NCBI RefSeq assembly: GCF_006345805.1
Contig: NC_043014.1
Location: 36,332,001-36,396,000 of the forward strand
Direction of reading: 5' to 3'
Length of the DNA stretch: 64,000 nt
Source: Octopus sinensis
Lineage: Eukaryota
A program made the position numbers and the translations under genes. Position 1 is the stretch's first letter, and each line of letters starts with the position of its first letter. The notes beneath the pieces are model-generated. The model did no database searches and was not told where the DNA came from. It was given only the letters and a program-made list of their open reading frames with translations. This document shows, one piece after another, positions 26,540 through 41,678 of the stretch.

Positions 26540-26755
26540 GGAGAGTTGGCACAATCGTTACAACAACGGAACAAATGTTTATCGACATTTCTTATCTTTT
26601 ACCTTCTGAGTTCAAATATCATCGAGCTCGAACTTGTCTTTCACCGTTTCGGGGTCGATAAAATAATAACCAGTTTAGAACTGGCTTAGATAGAATCGAC
26701 TATCCCCTTCCACAAGATTTGGCCTTGAACCCATTGTAGAAAGGACTATTACTGT
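26540..26755 (+). mobile_element. Diverged SINE with the same head/core but a different 3' tail
   Basis: gagttggcacaatcgtta...ctgagttcaaat...ggggtcgataaaataa, then the tail ccccttccac...gtagaaaggactatta. Confidence 0.6.
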
Positions 26756-26869
26756 AATTATTAACATTATTACTATTACCACTACTGAGTAGTGGTAATA
26801 CTTTCCATTCTCTCGCACATTATCTACCAATACATCGACTCCTGGTCTATGTGCAGCCTGTAGAGTCAT

Positions 26870-27855
26870 TCACATTGCAATTATAAATATTAGAAAAGAC
26901 CTGTTGAGTAAGATTTTATTATTCCATTGGAGGTATATTTTATAATAGGGTAGTTGCGTAAGACACATTAACGATATGTCTATTAAAATGTTTTATGATA
27001 TCTAATAGATTTACTGAAGAGTTTATCTAATGCAGCGAAGAAAGCGGAAGCAATCAGAGGGAATACATCAAGGTTAAATACTGGATATATCATTTTTTTT
27101 CTTACGTAATCCTTTACCGATTTTACTATTCTTGTTTTCCCTACTGTGTGCAGTGTTTTGCTTATACTTTTCACCACTACCTAATGTTTGAATACAGCTG
27201 CTAGTTGTAGTTCCGTTACTTAAGTATTTTCGCTCCTTATAATTTCTTAACATCCCTCAATTTCCATCATTCCCCTCTCTTGCTATTACTTATAGTCAAG
27301 GTAGCGGGTTCGAATAGTTAGGTTCTCATAGTAGGGCACATGTCCTATATATACATACGTGTTTCACCAATCACGCTTATTGTTAATTATATCCTCATTT
27401 ATTCCGTCTCCAGACCTACACCTTTGTCTACCAATTGTAGTATTCAAGTGTTCCTGCAAGAAGGGCTGTTAACTGATTCACTACTTTGAATATAACTAAT
27501 TTTTCTACATATCTCACTCTAGCGAGTGCTACCTTATTATGACCCGCATTCGACGCAGACCAGCTCGATATTATATGCGAAACTATCAATAATAATGATT
27601 GTAATTGAACAGGGATGATTTCAGAATTTATCAACATTAAAATTAACGTTTGGATTATGCTAAGCTGCATATAATCCTACATTCAAGCCAGCTACATCTA
27701 TAAAGTTAGCTGATCTGTAATTTGATCCCATTGGGATTGTTCGACCAAAATTTTCAAAAACTTTACACATTTTCCTATACCATCTTAGTTCCGCTACACT
27801 ATACCTGTCAACGTAAAACATTGTCATTTCTCTTTATACTTCCCCTAACCTAGGG
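26870..27855 (-). pseudogene. Degraded Penelope-like RT fragment (copy B)
   Basis: Paralog of 1-920. Confidence 0.65.
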
Positions 27856-28253
27856 AAAATAGTTGCTAGTTGCAAAACGATAGAGATTGTATACTTATAT
27901 GCGAAAAATTGTTTTATTATATCTTTCTAGATTCATGTGTATCAGAGAATATGTATCCATATACACACAAACACACATTAAGATATGTTTTCAATATCAG
28001 AAATCAACAAGCACTAACTGCAGAAGGCACACAATATATAGTATGGAGTCAAATATTTATTTCCGGAGAACATGTGAGTTAATTTTCGCTTGGAAGTTTC
28101 GAAATAACCTGTAAAAAAGAAAGCATTGCCAATTTAGAAAGAAATTATACGTGTATGTAAGTATGTATGTATGTATGAATGTATGTATGTATGTATGTTT
28201 GTATGTATGTTTGTATGTATGTATGTATGTATGTATGTATGTATGTATGTATG

Positions 28254-28284
<31 letters not shown>

Positions 28285-29127
28285 TTGTGTGAGTGAAAGT
28301 GAGAGAGAATGTATGTATGTATGTATGTATGTATGTATGTATGTATGTATGTATGTATGTATGTATGTATGTATGTATGTATGTATGTACGTATGTATGT
28401 ATTTAACTTCAGCCAGCGCTTCACAACTGGTGTTGCTTGAATACGGATCCATAATTTAGAGGTTTGGTAAAAGTGATGATCGAATAAGTATCAAACTTAA
28501 AAATAGGTAGTGACGTCTCTTTGTTCGACAGTTTAAGCTGGTAGCCAAGCGTGGTCGCAGTCCAATGACTGAAACAAGTAAACAAGATTATCTACGCCCG
28601 TGAAAAGATGGGATGTTCAGTAATCGAATGCTTTTGCTCGATGAATGTTTATATAAATATTAAAGAAGAATGACCATAACGATGAGTTTAGAATAAAACC
28701 AATGCAGTAAGCTGTTATGATGTGGTGTTTTCCATATCTATAATGTGTGGTGCCTCTTGTGACTGTAGCTTTTGTATCTACTATAGTGGACATTTGTCTG
28801 GTATCGGATACAGTTTATCTCTTCTATACCCGAGTAGTAATACATCGCTTCGTCTATCGTGCTATTGCTGATAGCTCTGCAAGACAGCGACTTTGAACCG
28901 CCTACCATCACTGTTGAGTCGAACTCGACTATAACCCTTAACTGACACTTAACTCCAACAGAGAACTCGTGCAACGATTCTACAACGACTGATAGACGAC
29001 TACCCGTACTGGTTGACGTCGTCGCACCTTATAGTGGCTCAATCATACCATTTGTCCCGTGGGAGGGGTATACCATTTCCACTACGATATAATCGTAAAC
29101 TTAATCAATAATATTATATAGAAGAAC

Positions 29128-29357
29128 GGCGGCGAGCTGGCAGAAACGTTAGCACGCCAGGCGAAATGCGTAGCCGTATTTCGTCTGCCGTTACGTTCTG
29201 AGTTCAAATTCCGCCGAGGTCGACTTTGCCTTTCATCCTTTCGAGGTCGATAAATTAAGTACCAGTTACGTATAGGGGTCGATGTAATCGACTTAATCCC
29301 TTTGTCTGTCCTTGTTTGTCCCCTCTGTGTTTAGCCCCTTATGGGCAGTAAAGAAAT
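29128..29357 (+). mobile_element. SINE, paralog of 2194-2423
   Basis: Same sequence and TSD. Confidence 0.9.
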
Positions 29358-29453
29358 ATATTATATAGAAGAACAACAAAATTAAAGGAACGAAAATGAA
29401 AAATACAATACTAACCACTTTTTGATTCTGCTGGGGCTTGTTTTCCGAAATCC

Positions 29454-29533
29454 TTAACGAAAATGGCCAATAACAAGCAGTGTGGCTGCAAATTTCAAAA
29501 TCTTAGTAATAATATTTGCATCATATAATTTAT
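29454..29533 (-). CDS. Ig-like gene B, candidate last coding exon (same peptide as gene A)
   Basis: Paralog of 2520-2599 with the same acceptor and TAA. Confidence 0.45.
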
Positions 29534-31269
29534 CTGTAATAGAAAGAAAAAAAAAGCACATTTCATTTTTATTTTGGTACAAGACCAAAAACTTTGCTGA
29601 AGGTGGACATCGATTACATCAACTCCAGTATTCAATTGGTGCCTATTTCATTGACTCTGAAAGAATGAAAAGTAAAGTCAAATTCGGTGGCATTTTAACT
29701 CAGAAAGCCGGACAAAATGCCGCCAAGCATTTTTTACGGCGTGCTCATTAATCTACCAGCTCGCAGCCTCAGAAACAGTAATCAAGGATATTGAAGATTT
29801 ACATAAACACATGTAAAGAATAAATAATCAGAAGAAAATCAAAACAACAAAGTTCCCAATTAAAATGGAAACACTACCCAAGGGAAACCCAGTAACCTCA
29901 CAGTAAACAAGTAATCCTTAGTCACCCTGTTACCAGGAATACTGTTGTGTTTCTCTCACCTCCGTACTGCTGTAACTACATGGGCATGCTTAGGTTACGA
30001 CAATTCACTCGAGCCATTCTTGTTATATTCATCCACAGTGTAACAGTTTTACTGGGAGAAAGGACCTTGCTCTCCACGCTCACTTTCCTTTTAAACATGA
30101 AAAGTCAATGAATGTTTGGTCTCTTTCTCATTAATCGCATCATCTTTCACCATAAGCACCTAATAGAGGAAATCAGCCTACCCTTCAAAATCAAAGGAAA
30201 GCAAGGAAGCAATCTTCACTTTGGAGTCGACCTACAACCAGATCCGTCCGAGAAGTGATTGCAGCTGGTAGACATAACTCCAGAAATCAACGATGCTCAA
30301 GCACTATACTAATACGTGTACAAAATCTTCATCATGCAATGTGCATCAAGGGCAAGAGCAGCTGAGGGGAATATCATGCCGGTACATTTTTTCCGCCGAG
30401 GTCGGCTTTGCCTTTCATCCTTTCGGAGGTCGATTAAATAAGTACCTGTTACGCACTGGGGTCAGCATAATCGACTTAAACCGTTTGTCTGTCCTTGTTT
30501 GTCCTCTCTGTGTTTAGCCCCTTGTGTGTAGATGGTCTCGGTGCAACGTCCGCCAAGACCAATACCCTGCTGACAGAGGTGTGAACGCCTGATGTCACCC
30601 TAGGTGTCAGGTACCCTCCATAGGTCTATGCTTGACCCAAGAATGTCGTGTATATATGTGAGTATGCGCAGTGTCAGTGTATGTGTATGAATGTGTGTGT
30701 GTAGGGATGTATGTGTGTGTGAGTGTGTGTAGCGTGTGCATGTATGTATGTGTAGATGTGTATATTAGTGTTTGTTCCCCACCATCACTGGAAAACCAGT
30801 GTTGGTTTGTTTCCGTGCCCACAACGTATCAGTTCGGGAATAAATACGACAAAGACTATTAGAAAATGGCCCAGCATGGCCACCATCCAGTAACTGAAAG
30901 AAGCAAAAGTTAGAAGATTAAAGATACCTGCATTGTCTCTGATTGCTTGCTGCTCAGTACCTTCAAATAAAAATTAAAAAAACATAAACAAAATAATATA
31001 TAGAAATATAATATTTAAGTTTTAATCTTAGTTTTTAATGCAGTTTTGTTTTCCAACTTGGAAATAAAATCAAAATGTTTATCATTCAAAATGTGACCGC
31101 GTGTGTACCGTTGGCGATTTTTATCCTCCGTCTTCCCTTCTCTGGATCTTTCCTTCGCGCGAATCGTTAAACCCGCCTTCTTCCCTTGCTTCCTGAGCGT
31201 CCAATAATACTATATTTGTTCCACGTCCTCGCGTTGTTGTGTTTTCTCATTGTGTTTTCATGTTTGGAT

Positions 31270-31331
<62 letters not shown>

Positions 31332-34041
31332 ACCAGATCTACAATCGAAAAGTATGATCAAATTTTGATCCTGAACTGAAATTCATTCAATCTTTCTCCT
31401 TTTGTTTAATATAAATCTGTTATACCGGTATTGAAATTTTTTCTTTATAGTATGTGTTCTTGTTTATTTCTATGTTGACTTGCCACGCTCTATATTTTTC
31501 TACTGCAAGCTCCTCATCTCTGAAATTTGAACTAGTACCTATCGTATGTCAGTCAGACAAACTGAAGCATTCTCGTGAAGTATTCTCTTTATGACAAATT
31601 GCTGGAACCAGTCGAAATCTGTTGCTGATCTTAAGATCATTCCTGATAACTTTGACCTATGATCGAAGATTTTCCCTCCGTAACCACCCTGTCTTTTACT
31701 TTAGACATCGTTTGAATTATATTAACGAGAGTTATTCATACTTTTTAAACGAAAAGATATAATTAGAGAGATTATGTTAGTGTTTTTGACTCTTTACTTT
31801 TATAGCTAAGTCTTCATAGTCGAATGAAACTTTCTTTTACTAGGACGATAGAATAGGCATCAGGGAGATTTAACTGCTATTTAACGCATAGAAATTCCTT
31901 CAGGATGCAGACATGTAGTTCTCTTTTCTCTTGCTGTCTAAACTCAGCTGTATTCTGTTCCAAGGAAGATGTGTTTAATTTTTTTCGTTTGTTCTATGTC
32001 TCCTTGTGGGGACATAGAACAAACGAAACAAAGTAAAAAAAATCGCAAAAATATGTTACTAACTTAGGGTGACCCGCTCTATGCGTGGGTGAGGGTGTGG
32101 TTGTTACTTTCTGTTGCTTCCCTTCTGTTTCTTTTCACCACATTATCCCTCTTTGTTTCTCTCTCTTTTCTCTCTCACTTTCCCACTCTCTTACTCTTCC
32201 TTTTTCTCGGACTCTCCCTCGCTTTCTCTCACTCTCTATCTTTCTTTATCTATCTCTCTCCCATTTATAAAAAACAAAAGATCTTGAGTAAGTTGAGAAA
32301 GGAAATATTTTGAAAGATCAATCATAAATATCAGGCAGTGAAAACGGAAAGCACACTTGCGTTTTGTACGTGTCACTATTTGAGCGATTAAAAATAAGGA
32401 AAAAAGGGATTTCTTTGTTAAATTTAGTACTTATTTTGGGAAGTTTTCGACGATTGACCATGCAAATGAAAGCTCTAAACTGTAAACAATAAAAAGTAAA
32501 AAGCAAAAATACGTAAAAATGAGAAATTTTTTTTCAGCTTCAGAAATATTACCTTAATTTTCAAACTTTGAACCCATTTCCACGCTTAAATTACAAATCC
32601 GCTTCCACATTACTATGTTGAAAATTTGATTGAAATCGGGCCATTATTACATCATCTATCGTTATCGTTTCTGGCATTTTCTCAATAGTTTTCTTTGGCC
32701 CTTGAATGACCGTGTTTCAGGTTTGGCCTTCGCAATGCCTACTTTCCGTCGTTGTGGCCTGGAGAACCGCTATCTCTTTCTCATTTCCATGTAGGACAGT
32801 GGCTGCTATCCGGACCACGTCAACTTCTGGTGGGATTCCCTCTACGCTAACTTTTAAAGCACGCCTTCTATGGTACATATATAATAGTATCACTTCATCA
32901 CTCTTTATAATGGTTGCCGCGTTCTCCTTTGTCTTTTCTGCCTCTTTAAATCTCACCTCTACATTTCCATACTTGCCCCAGGTAAGATACGTTATCTCTT
33001 GTCAGATTGGCCTTAGTGCCTTCTCTATTTTGTAAGTAGTCATTATGTATATCTTCCCAGCAGCTACGGAATGCGTCTTGTATATAATTGTACATTCTTT
33101 CCTATTTTTAACCATTCCTTCTGAGGCGGTTCAATTCCACATTTAATCCTTCGTGACTCATCATTGTCATGTAATTTCTCCATTTTTCCCATTCGATTTG
33201 ATATTCCTTACACTTTGCGATTTCTGCGAAGTTTTTGTTCTCTCTTATCCGTTCCCCGTTCAGTTTCTCTATTGTACTCCACGAAATCTCTGACGACGAC
33301 GATTGCTCCGACGGTTCCGACGAGGACAGCTCTGAGTAGCTGATATCTTCCTCTTCTGACATCTTTTCTTTTTATTCAGTCTACCTTCTTCTATGAGGAA
33401 GGAAAGCACAAATAAACTGCCGCAAGACAGCACAAACTTAAGTGTTCAAGGAACACTACAACAATTAAACAACAATATAACGCCAGCAAATGATACAACT
33501 TTAACTCACCAAATTTTTCTCTACTACTGACTGACCTTGTTTCTCTATTGCCTACAAGGGCATACAGAGAGGGGACGAACAAGGACAGACTACAATGCAC
33601 AAGTGGGACAAACAACATAAACGGATGAATGAAATGAAATTATATAAAAATGGTGTAATGGCTACTAATCGACCTCACTTCCGTGTAGTACCATTTTAAC
33701 TATATTTACACTATTTTTAATCCAACGTTTATCCGAATAATTATCTTAGCAAATTGAAAGCGGTTTCAGTTTTTCGAAATCCAACACAGGAGGCAGAGGA
33801 TCGTGTCTTATTTCTACCCCTAATGGGTTTACTTCGTCCCCAGGTGTACCATTAAAAGTTTGCTTTTAATTTTTAATAGTTTTTCCTGTTAATTAAAATT
33901 CATCCCATACCTGGGTCTCTCATGTTTTCTTCTTCTATAACTTTTATCAAGACGTAATCTTTCCAGCTCTTTATTCGCGTGGTCTAACGCCATAAATGGC
34001 ACGTTCTGTTTGGCCTAAAAACAGGTGTTAATGAGTTTCCT

Positions 34042-35810
34042 GGCAAGGGTGGGGTGCTGGTCCATTTCTACCAGTCCAAAGCTTTCGACAAGGTTGAACA
34101 TCAGTATCCGGTGTTGGTCCTCACAGCATTCGGGGTCGGCCCCGTCTTTAGAGGGTGGATCATCGCTTTATACAGTAACATTGACTCTGTTCAACAAAGG
34201 TGTCCTCTCTACCCACTTCTGTATGTATGGGCTCTAGAGTTCTTGCTGCGGAAGTTGGAGAGATTAAAGTGCGTCCCACGAGATCTAGGTTGCAGTGGGA
34301 ATGTTTCGTATGCGAATGACATCACCACCATAGTGTCCGAAATGGTACACCTACAGAGGGTAGGCAACGCTATTAAAGGCTATGAGGCAGGAGCAAAAGT
34401 TAACTGGAATAAGTCAATCGGCTTGCAACTCGGCACCTGGCAAGGCAAGACGATACCTCCCAACAACATTGTAGGGCGTTGGAAGGAGGGGCTGGTTAAA
34501 ATGTTAGGGGTTTAGTTTTGTCCAGATCTCCAGATAAAGTATTGGAGCGAGGTCTGAGTAGCGGCTCTCCCTGAAAGGAAGGGCAGAGGTCTCAGTTGTG
34601 TTTATCGCTTCTGTGATTACCTACCGCCTAACCGTCGTGCCTTGCCCCCGTTCGTGGCTGATCAATTTAGAGGGGCTGCTCTTCCGTTTTTTGTGGAGTA
34701 GAAGTCCTCTTGTAAAGCGCTCTGTCTGCTGCCAGCACCCGCTAAATGGTGCGCAAGGGATGTCTTGGCTGTTGATTCGCAGACGTGCGCTGATGCTGAG
34801 TTATCTGTGTCTCTACCTGGATAGTGAACAGGTGTGGTCTCCGTTCGGTCGGTTGTTATTTACTAAGCTTACTAGTTTGGGTGAACTAGGACCTTGGGTC
34901 AAGTGTAGACGATAGTTGAGTGCTTGGCAAGCGAAGTGTTGTGAGGCACTCAAGCTTCTCTGTCACATGGACAACGCCAGCGGAGGGGGTTCCACCTCGT
35001 ATTTTTATAGAGGGTTGGTTGAGGTTCAGTGTGACGACGATGTGGGGGAAGATTCTAGGCTTCGATGATGGTCAACTAGCCTGTCTGTTCCGAAGGACAT
35101 TTGGGCCAGGACCCTTGGATAACTTCCAAAGATTCTCCGCCTGGCAGTGTTACTGAGGAGCCTTACCAATTCGCGCGCCCAAGATGCGAGCAGGACAGGG
35201 AAACTGTTCTGCACGCGATTGTACAATGACCCAAAATTTCCGAAATGTGGGTTTACCTTGAACACCCGCTGACGCGGCTGGGAGGAGTACAGCTGTCTTT
35301 CGCGTCGATTGTATAGATTGTTCCTGCTTCCTCTTTTAACAAAGAAGGCATGGCTCGTTTTCTCATTGTGGTCGCTATACCGAAAGAAGTAGTATGGAAG
35401 ACCCACGTGAAAAGAATCGTGAGAGGCAACTTCATCTCCAGCCTTGGACTGGTTAATTTCCTCATCTACCATCTTAAGGGAAAAATAAGGGTGGAGATAA
35501 AATGCCTGTCACCTGATTTATACGGAAAACGATGGAAAGCTGTAGCGACTTTGTTGAGAATGAAGAATCCGCATAGTATATCAATAAGGTTATACAAAAG
35601 GGTTACAATGGTGGCACGGGGTTTGCGGGGTCGAAGCGAAACTCGTCCTCCACTTCATTGTATGGTTATTGTTTGGTATCATCCTATTTATAAAAATTCT
35701 TAACGTAAATTTTTAACTATTCATCTTTTGTAAAATCATTCGTTTTATCCACTCCTCCCTCATTTATATCGTCCCCTGTATGTTTAACCCCTGTGGGCAA
35801 TAAAGAAATA
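34042..35810 (+). mobile_element. Tx1/L1-clade LINE, paralog in copy B
   Basis: Near-identical to 7128-8899. Confidence 0.85.
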
Positions 35811-37579
35811 GTCGTTCTTGTTCTTTGACTTGCTGTTGGTGACTGCAGGGGAATGGTGGGACAGCGTTGGGCAGGGTGGGAGTAGGGTAGGAATTCACAT
35901 TTTCACCTTGATTTCTTCTTTTCCCTCTCTTCCGTTTCTTTGGTGCCGTATTCCATCCATGTTTCTCCTCTGCCACCTGATTATCTTCCTCCTTCTTCGG
36001 TTCTTTTTTGCTCACACATGACATCGCAAGCGGTGGAGGTGCGCTTTCTTTCGTTGGTCCTTTGCGGCAGGTAGAGTGTATCCTGTTTTATGTGCCCTTT
36101 TGACCGCATTTAAAGCAACAGTGAGTCCTGCTCTCCACTAAGACTCTCAGCTTTATATCCTCTCCAAATGTGATGGTTTCTACCATCTTCTCTGAATCTC
36201 CCACGGCGGCCTGGATTATCATTTCTAGTGCCAATTTCTTTGTGGTATACTTTTGGCCTGGAAGCTCACAACCTTATCTGCCATTTCCAACGGGATGGCG
36301 GCCACCAGCCAGGCTACACCCACCTAAGGAGATATCTCTTCTACCCTTACCCCAGAAGCACGCCTTCCCAGGTAAATGGTTAGAAAGACCACTTCACCCG
36401 TTTTGAAGGGAGTCACGCAATGCTACCTGGCCCAAGACTTCGACGCAAAAAGCACCTCTCCCGTTGTCTATCTTCTGCTTTTGGCAAGGTAATTCACTTC
36501 CTTCCATATTCACTTCCTTCCATATTCACTTCCTTCCATATTCACTTCCTTCAATTCCTCTATGCCTTTTCAACCTGTGTTGTGGTTGCGACCTCTGTTC
36601 GCTGCAATTACAAACTGTAAGTTCTGCACAGTACGGTTCTTCTTTTAACTCGTTCCGTTGTCTCACTGGAAAGGGACACCTTTACATCGTTCCCCTCAAT
36701 TTCAAAGATTTCCTTGAATTGATTCAATTCTTCTAAGCATACGTCCTCACTTTTATCTTTCACCGCCTGGAGTTCTTGGCCTCCATTGCCTCGTCAAACT
36801 TTTCAAACTTTTAACAAGTTCCCCCTCGGACGACAAGTCTGAAGAGCTAACCTTTTCAGTTCTCGCTCCATTACCGTGCCTCCCCTTTCAAACAAGGAGG
36901 AAAGCGTCAACAAAGCCGCCTGAGGCAGCAAAACGAAGTGCTGTCGGACACAAAACAGTCAAACACAGTGAAAAACAATTCAAATCACAGAAAAATTCAA
37001 GATGTTAACTAGCCTGCAAATGAAATAACAACTCTGCTACTACTGACTGACCAAACAACAAATGATTGCTGACTTTATAGTGGCTGAGTCATACCACTTT
37101 GCCACGTGGGACGGGGTGCACCATTTCTCTACTATTGTGTGTATAGTGTGTGCATGTGTGTATACATGTGTGTGTGCGTGTGCGTGCGTCCCTGCGTGGG
37201 TACGTGTGTACGTGCGTTCGTGCATGTGTATGTATATATAAAGAGAAAGTCCGCTTTTTCCATACTGTACGGACCTTTTCACTACAATTTCCGCCATAAG
37301 GAGGACTTTATGCAAACCATGTCATATAGAGTGCATTTAAAGGATGCAGCTTCTTATATCAACTAAATGTCTCCAGAATCTTAAAAAAGCAAATATATAA
37401 ATTTGGTTAATCGTAATGATATACCTGTCAAGGATAAACATAATTGTCAATATAACCGTGAGTGGATGTACAAATTTACTGGAAGGTGTAACTTAACCAG
37501 AAATATTGTTTCAGGAGATATTAATGAACAAGAATATATAAAGGCGTTAAGGAAGATAACACAAAGAAAATTTGTTTAC

Positions 37580-37885
37580 CTGTTATTTTGGTGAGCTGTA
37601 GAGTGCGTGATACATTGTATACAGAACATGAGATGCTTGAGTTACCAATTTCCCCCTCTCTTATAACGATTTTATTAAGTGACACTGCTGGAGATAAACA
37701 CTTTCCATAAGGTCGAACATGCACTTTATTCACATTTATCAATTTGTGGTGTTTTGTCTCATGAATCCATAAAAAGTCAGTAGCGCCAAAAGGTGCACCG
37801 ATGTATGCTGAACATCTGAAGATCGCTAACATGTTTACTTCAGCGGGCGGGTTAAGAAATTCAAGTTTCTTCATGTAAGATTTCA
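37580..37885 (-). CDS. Ig-like gene B, second Ig domain exon
   Basis: Acceptor tcttttcttttcag|, donor AG|GTAAAC; 3 Cys conserved, 19 aa differences from gene A. Confidence 0.85.
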
Positions 37886-38089
37886 CTGAAAAGAAAAGAA
37901 AAAAAACAAAAAAAAACGAATAGGTGAAGGAGTGGCTGTGTAGTAAGTAGCTTGCTAACCAACCACATGGTTCCGGGTTCGGTCCCACTGCGTGGCATCT
38001 TGGGCAAGTGTCTTCTGCTCTATCCAAGGGCCGACCAATGCCTTGTGAGTGGATTTGGTAGACGGAAACTTAAAGATGCCTGTCGTATA

Positions 38090-38175
<86 letters not shown>

Positions 38176-39449
38176 AGTGTGTGTGTGTGTGTGTGTGTGT
38201 ATTTGTCCCCCTAGCATTGCTTGACAACCGATGCTGTTTTATTTACGTCCCCGTCACTTAGCGGTCTTGCAAAAGATACCGATAGAATATGTACTTGGCT
38301 TAAAAAGAATAAGTCCCGGGGTCGATTTGCTCGACGAAATGCGGTGCTCCAGCATGGCCGCAGTCAAATGACTGAAACAAGTAAAAGAGTAAAAAGAGTT
38401 AAGTGAATCGAAATATGCTTATCTTCGAACAAAGGGCCTCACAATAAAAGAGTAGTTTCACTAATGTAAACTACAATCTTCATACAAAACTAAAACATTT
38501 GACAACACTCCAATTATTGTTAATCCTGGACTTTGGGAACTGTTGCTTAGAAGTGGTTAACTGTGTAAGCAGTGCTAAGGCTGTGTGGGGCCAAGTCACT
38601 AGCAATAACTCCACAACAGATGAATGACACATTCATACACGTGTATATTTACTTACACATAAGCATGTATTTGTGTGCAATTATATATATTTGTCTGTGT
38701 GCGTGTATGTATGTGTGTGCGTGCGCATGTATGAATATGTGGACACATATATAGATACATATATATTCACATACGCAAACATATTTACATACATTCATGC
38801 ATGCATATACAGACATGCACTTAGCGGTTCGGCAAAAGTGACCGATAGAATAAGTACTGGGCTTACAAAGAATACGTTCCGGGGTCGATTTGCTCGACTA
38901 AAGGCGGTGCTCCAGCATGGCCGCTGTCAAATGACTGAAATAAGTAAAAGAGAGAAAAGAAAGAGAGGGACTTAAGTGCATGCTGGACGGTACCTACACC
39001 AGAATGTTACGTGCAGTGCCCTACATTTAATGGAGGGAGCACCCAACAAAACAAAGGTTATATGGGAATGTATCAACTTTCTCATCAATCATCTAAGAGC
39101 GTACGTTGGGTTTTGCTGACCATTGCTGGAGAAGTAAAGAAGAACTTGTGAGTAACGAGTTGTTGTGGGCACCAAATCACGGTACCACAGCGACTGGAAG
39201 ACCACGGAAGACATATATACAACAGCTTGCAGAAGATGTTGGATGCCAAGTTGAAGGCCTAAAAACACTAATGGAAGATCGGGAGCGATGGAGAGAGGTA
39301 GTCAGGCTGGCCTGGGCAATTGACCTGATTGGATGAAACTTGTGTTCGATAGTGCAATAGAAACACGCAATAGAAATAAAAATAAAGACAATGGAGTTGA
39401 ATACGTGCAAAAAAAGAAACGGAAGTAAAAATAGAACGAGTAAACTTAC

Positions 39450-39782
39450 CTCTTACAAGTCTAGATTTTGAAGATTCTTCATTTGTTGAACATGTGTAGT
39501 ATGTCGCATCCTCACAAGAGGGATAACGTTTCGTGCAGGTAATCACACCTATCTTACTTAGAGAGGATGTAGGTGGAGTACAGTCAAAACCCTTTTTCCT
39601 GGTTACTACCTCAAAAATTCCTGTCTTTTTTTGATAATCGATTTGAACAATAACTTCACTGTGATTTCGCACGAGAAAAAACTGAATAAAATTTTTTACA
39701 TCATACCGACATTTTATAGTTAAGAATGTTCTGTTTGCAAAATCAATATTGCTTGAAGGTAACACATCTGCAATCTCAATAA
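39450..39782 (-). CDS. Ig-like gene B, V-like Ig domain exon
   Basis: Acceptor tttttctatacag|, donor AG|GTAAGT; open frame, all 5 Cys conserved, 25 aa differences from gene A. Confidence 0.85.
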
Positions 39783-40265
39783 CTGTATAGAAAAAAAAAA
39801 CATAAATCAGAGATAGATGTTATAAAAAATATATAAATGTAACTATAGAAGAAGAAGAAGAAGAAGAAGAAGAAGAAGAAGAAGAATGACAGAAGTAGGA
39901 AAAAGAGAACCAATTAAAATAACGGTTGTTGTGAATACGGATTACATCTATCCACAAATAAAACTTTGCAGTTAGTTTTTGATATTTATTATTATACTAA
40001 CATACCTGTGTCGTCAAAATGCTGACAGTTTTATTAATCATAGAAAATAGTTCATCAACACAATGGGAAAAACCTGTGATAGATGTCATCAATGTGGTAA
40101 ATATATGCACATGCACTCAAGTTAGGCTCTTTAAGTATTAAATACGGTTCTAACGTCTCAATTGAAAATAACTTGATACATAAGTATGTATTTACGGACA
40201 CACACACGGACTTACACATACACACACACTCACATACACACATATATACATATAAATATATGTAC

Positions 40266-40330
<65 letters not shown>

Positions 40331-40473
40331 TACATTCTACATACATACATGTATATCATACATAGAAAGAGAGAGACAGATTTATATATATAGATATATA
40401 GGTTGATACATCTATACATTAGTATATATGCATGCATATCTATGCATTTATTTATCGACATCATTCTGCCTCA

Positions 40474-40549
<76 letters not shown>

Positions 40550-41678
40550 CTCTCTCTCTAGGAGTCACTGTAGGACGCTTAATTCCCAGCCGTATAGCTG
40601 TGAAGCAAGTGTCTTAAAATATTAGAATTTTTGTCATTTGCCTTTTCTGAACAGCCCTACAACATGATAGAATACTGATCATAGAGACAAAATATAAAAA
40701 TATTTTTATATTTTTATCAAATAATCTTGTTGTTAAAATAATTTATTCAAAATGGACGTTAAAAAGCCACACTACATAAAGTTAAGCAAAAAAATTCATT
40801 TTTTATAAAAAGTAATTTATACTAAAGAAAATAAATAGAACACTTTGTATTGATTTGTGCTGTCGTTTATCTTTGGTTGTGTGTGCAACTAAGAAATAGT
40901 TTAGTTCATACATGTCTAGTCCCTTTAATATCACGCAAAATTTGATACAAATTTGAGAATTAAAATTAATAACTTTTTTCTAATGGATAACATTTTACGA
41001 AACCTTTACCAATATATTCCTTTAACAATTCCTTTCATATTAATATCAATATAATAATTCTTGTTCAAAATTAAAAGAATGGTGTGGATTCAAAATGTCG
41101 ATGTCGGGCTTTATTACCCGTCAGTCAACCAGTTTGGTCTATACGCTTTTTCTCTTTTGTTCTACTGCACCAGACTTTAAGTATTTTATGTCTAAATGTA
41201 GCTTATCACTAGTCAAACATAATTTTTAAAAACTAAATTTGATTTGGATTAAAAGTGAATTAGTGAGACTACTTGGAAGACGCCAACTGCAACAAAAAGC
41301 TACGTTAAGAATATTATTCAACTACTACCGTAGTGTACACATAAGTTTTTATGTGTATATACAAGTTCGAAAGAACATATGATGATATATGCTACATTTT
41401 ATAGGGTCTACAAGAAACATTCATATATGCAAAATTGTTCAAAATTTTATATAATTATATATAATAATTGTTCTAATTTATTTATTCGTATTAATATAAA
41501 CTTTAGTTTTAGTAAATAAGAAAGTAACACAAATTTACTTGGTTTATTAGAGGAGAATAGCATCATAAATCAATGTTTATTATATATTGATTGAAATGGT
41601 TCTTTTTCTTAGTTTGATTTATAATAATATATTTGTATATTATTTAAGCAATATTAATACATATTTTCGCTGGTCTCA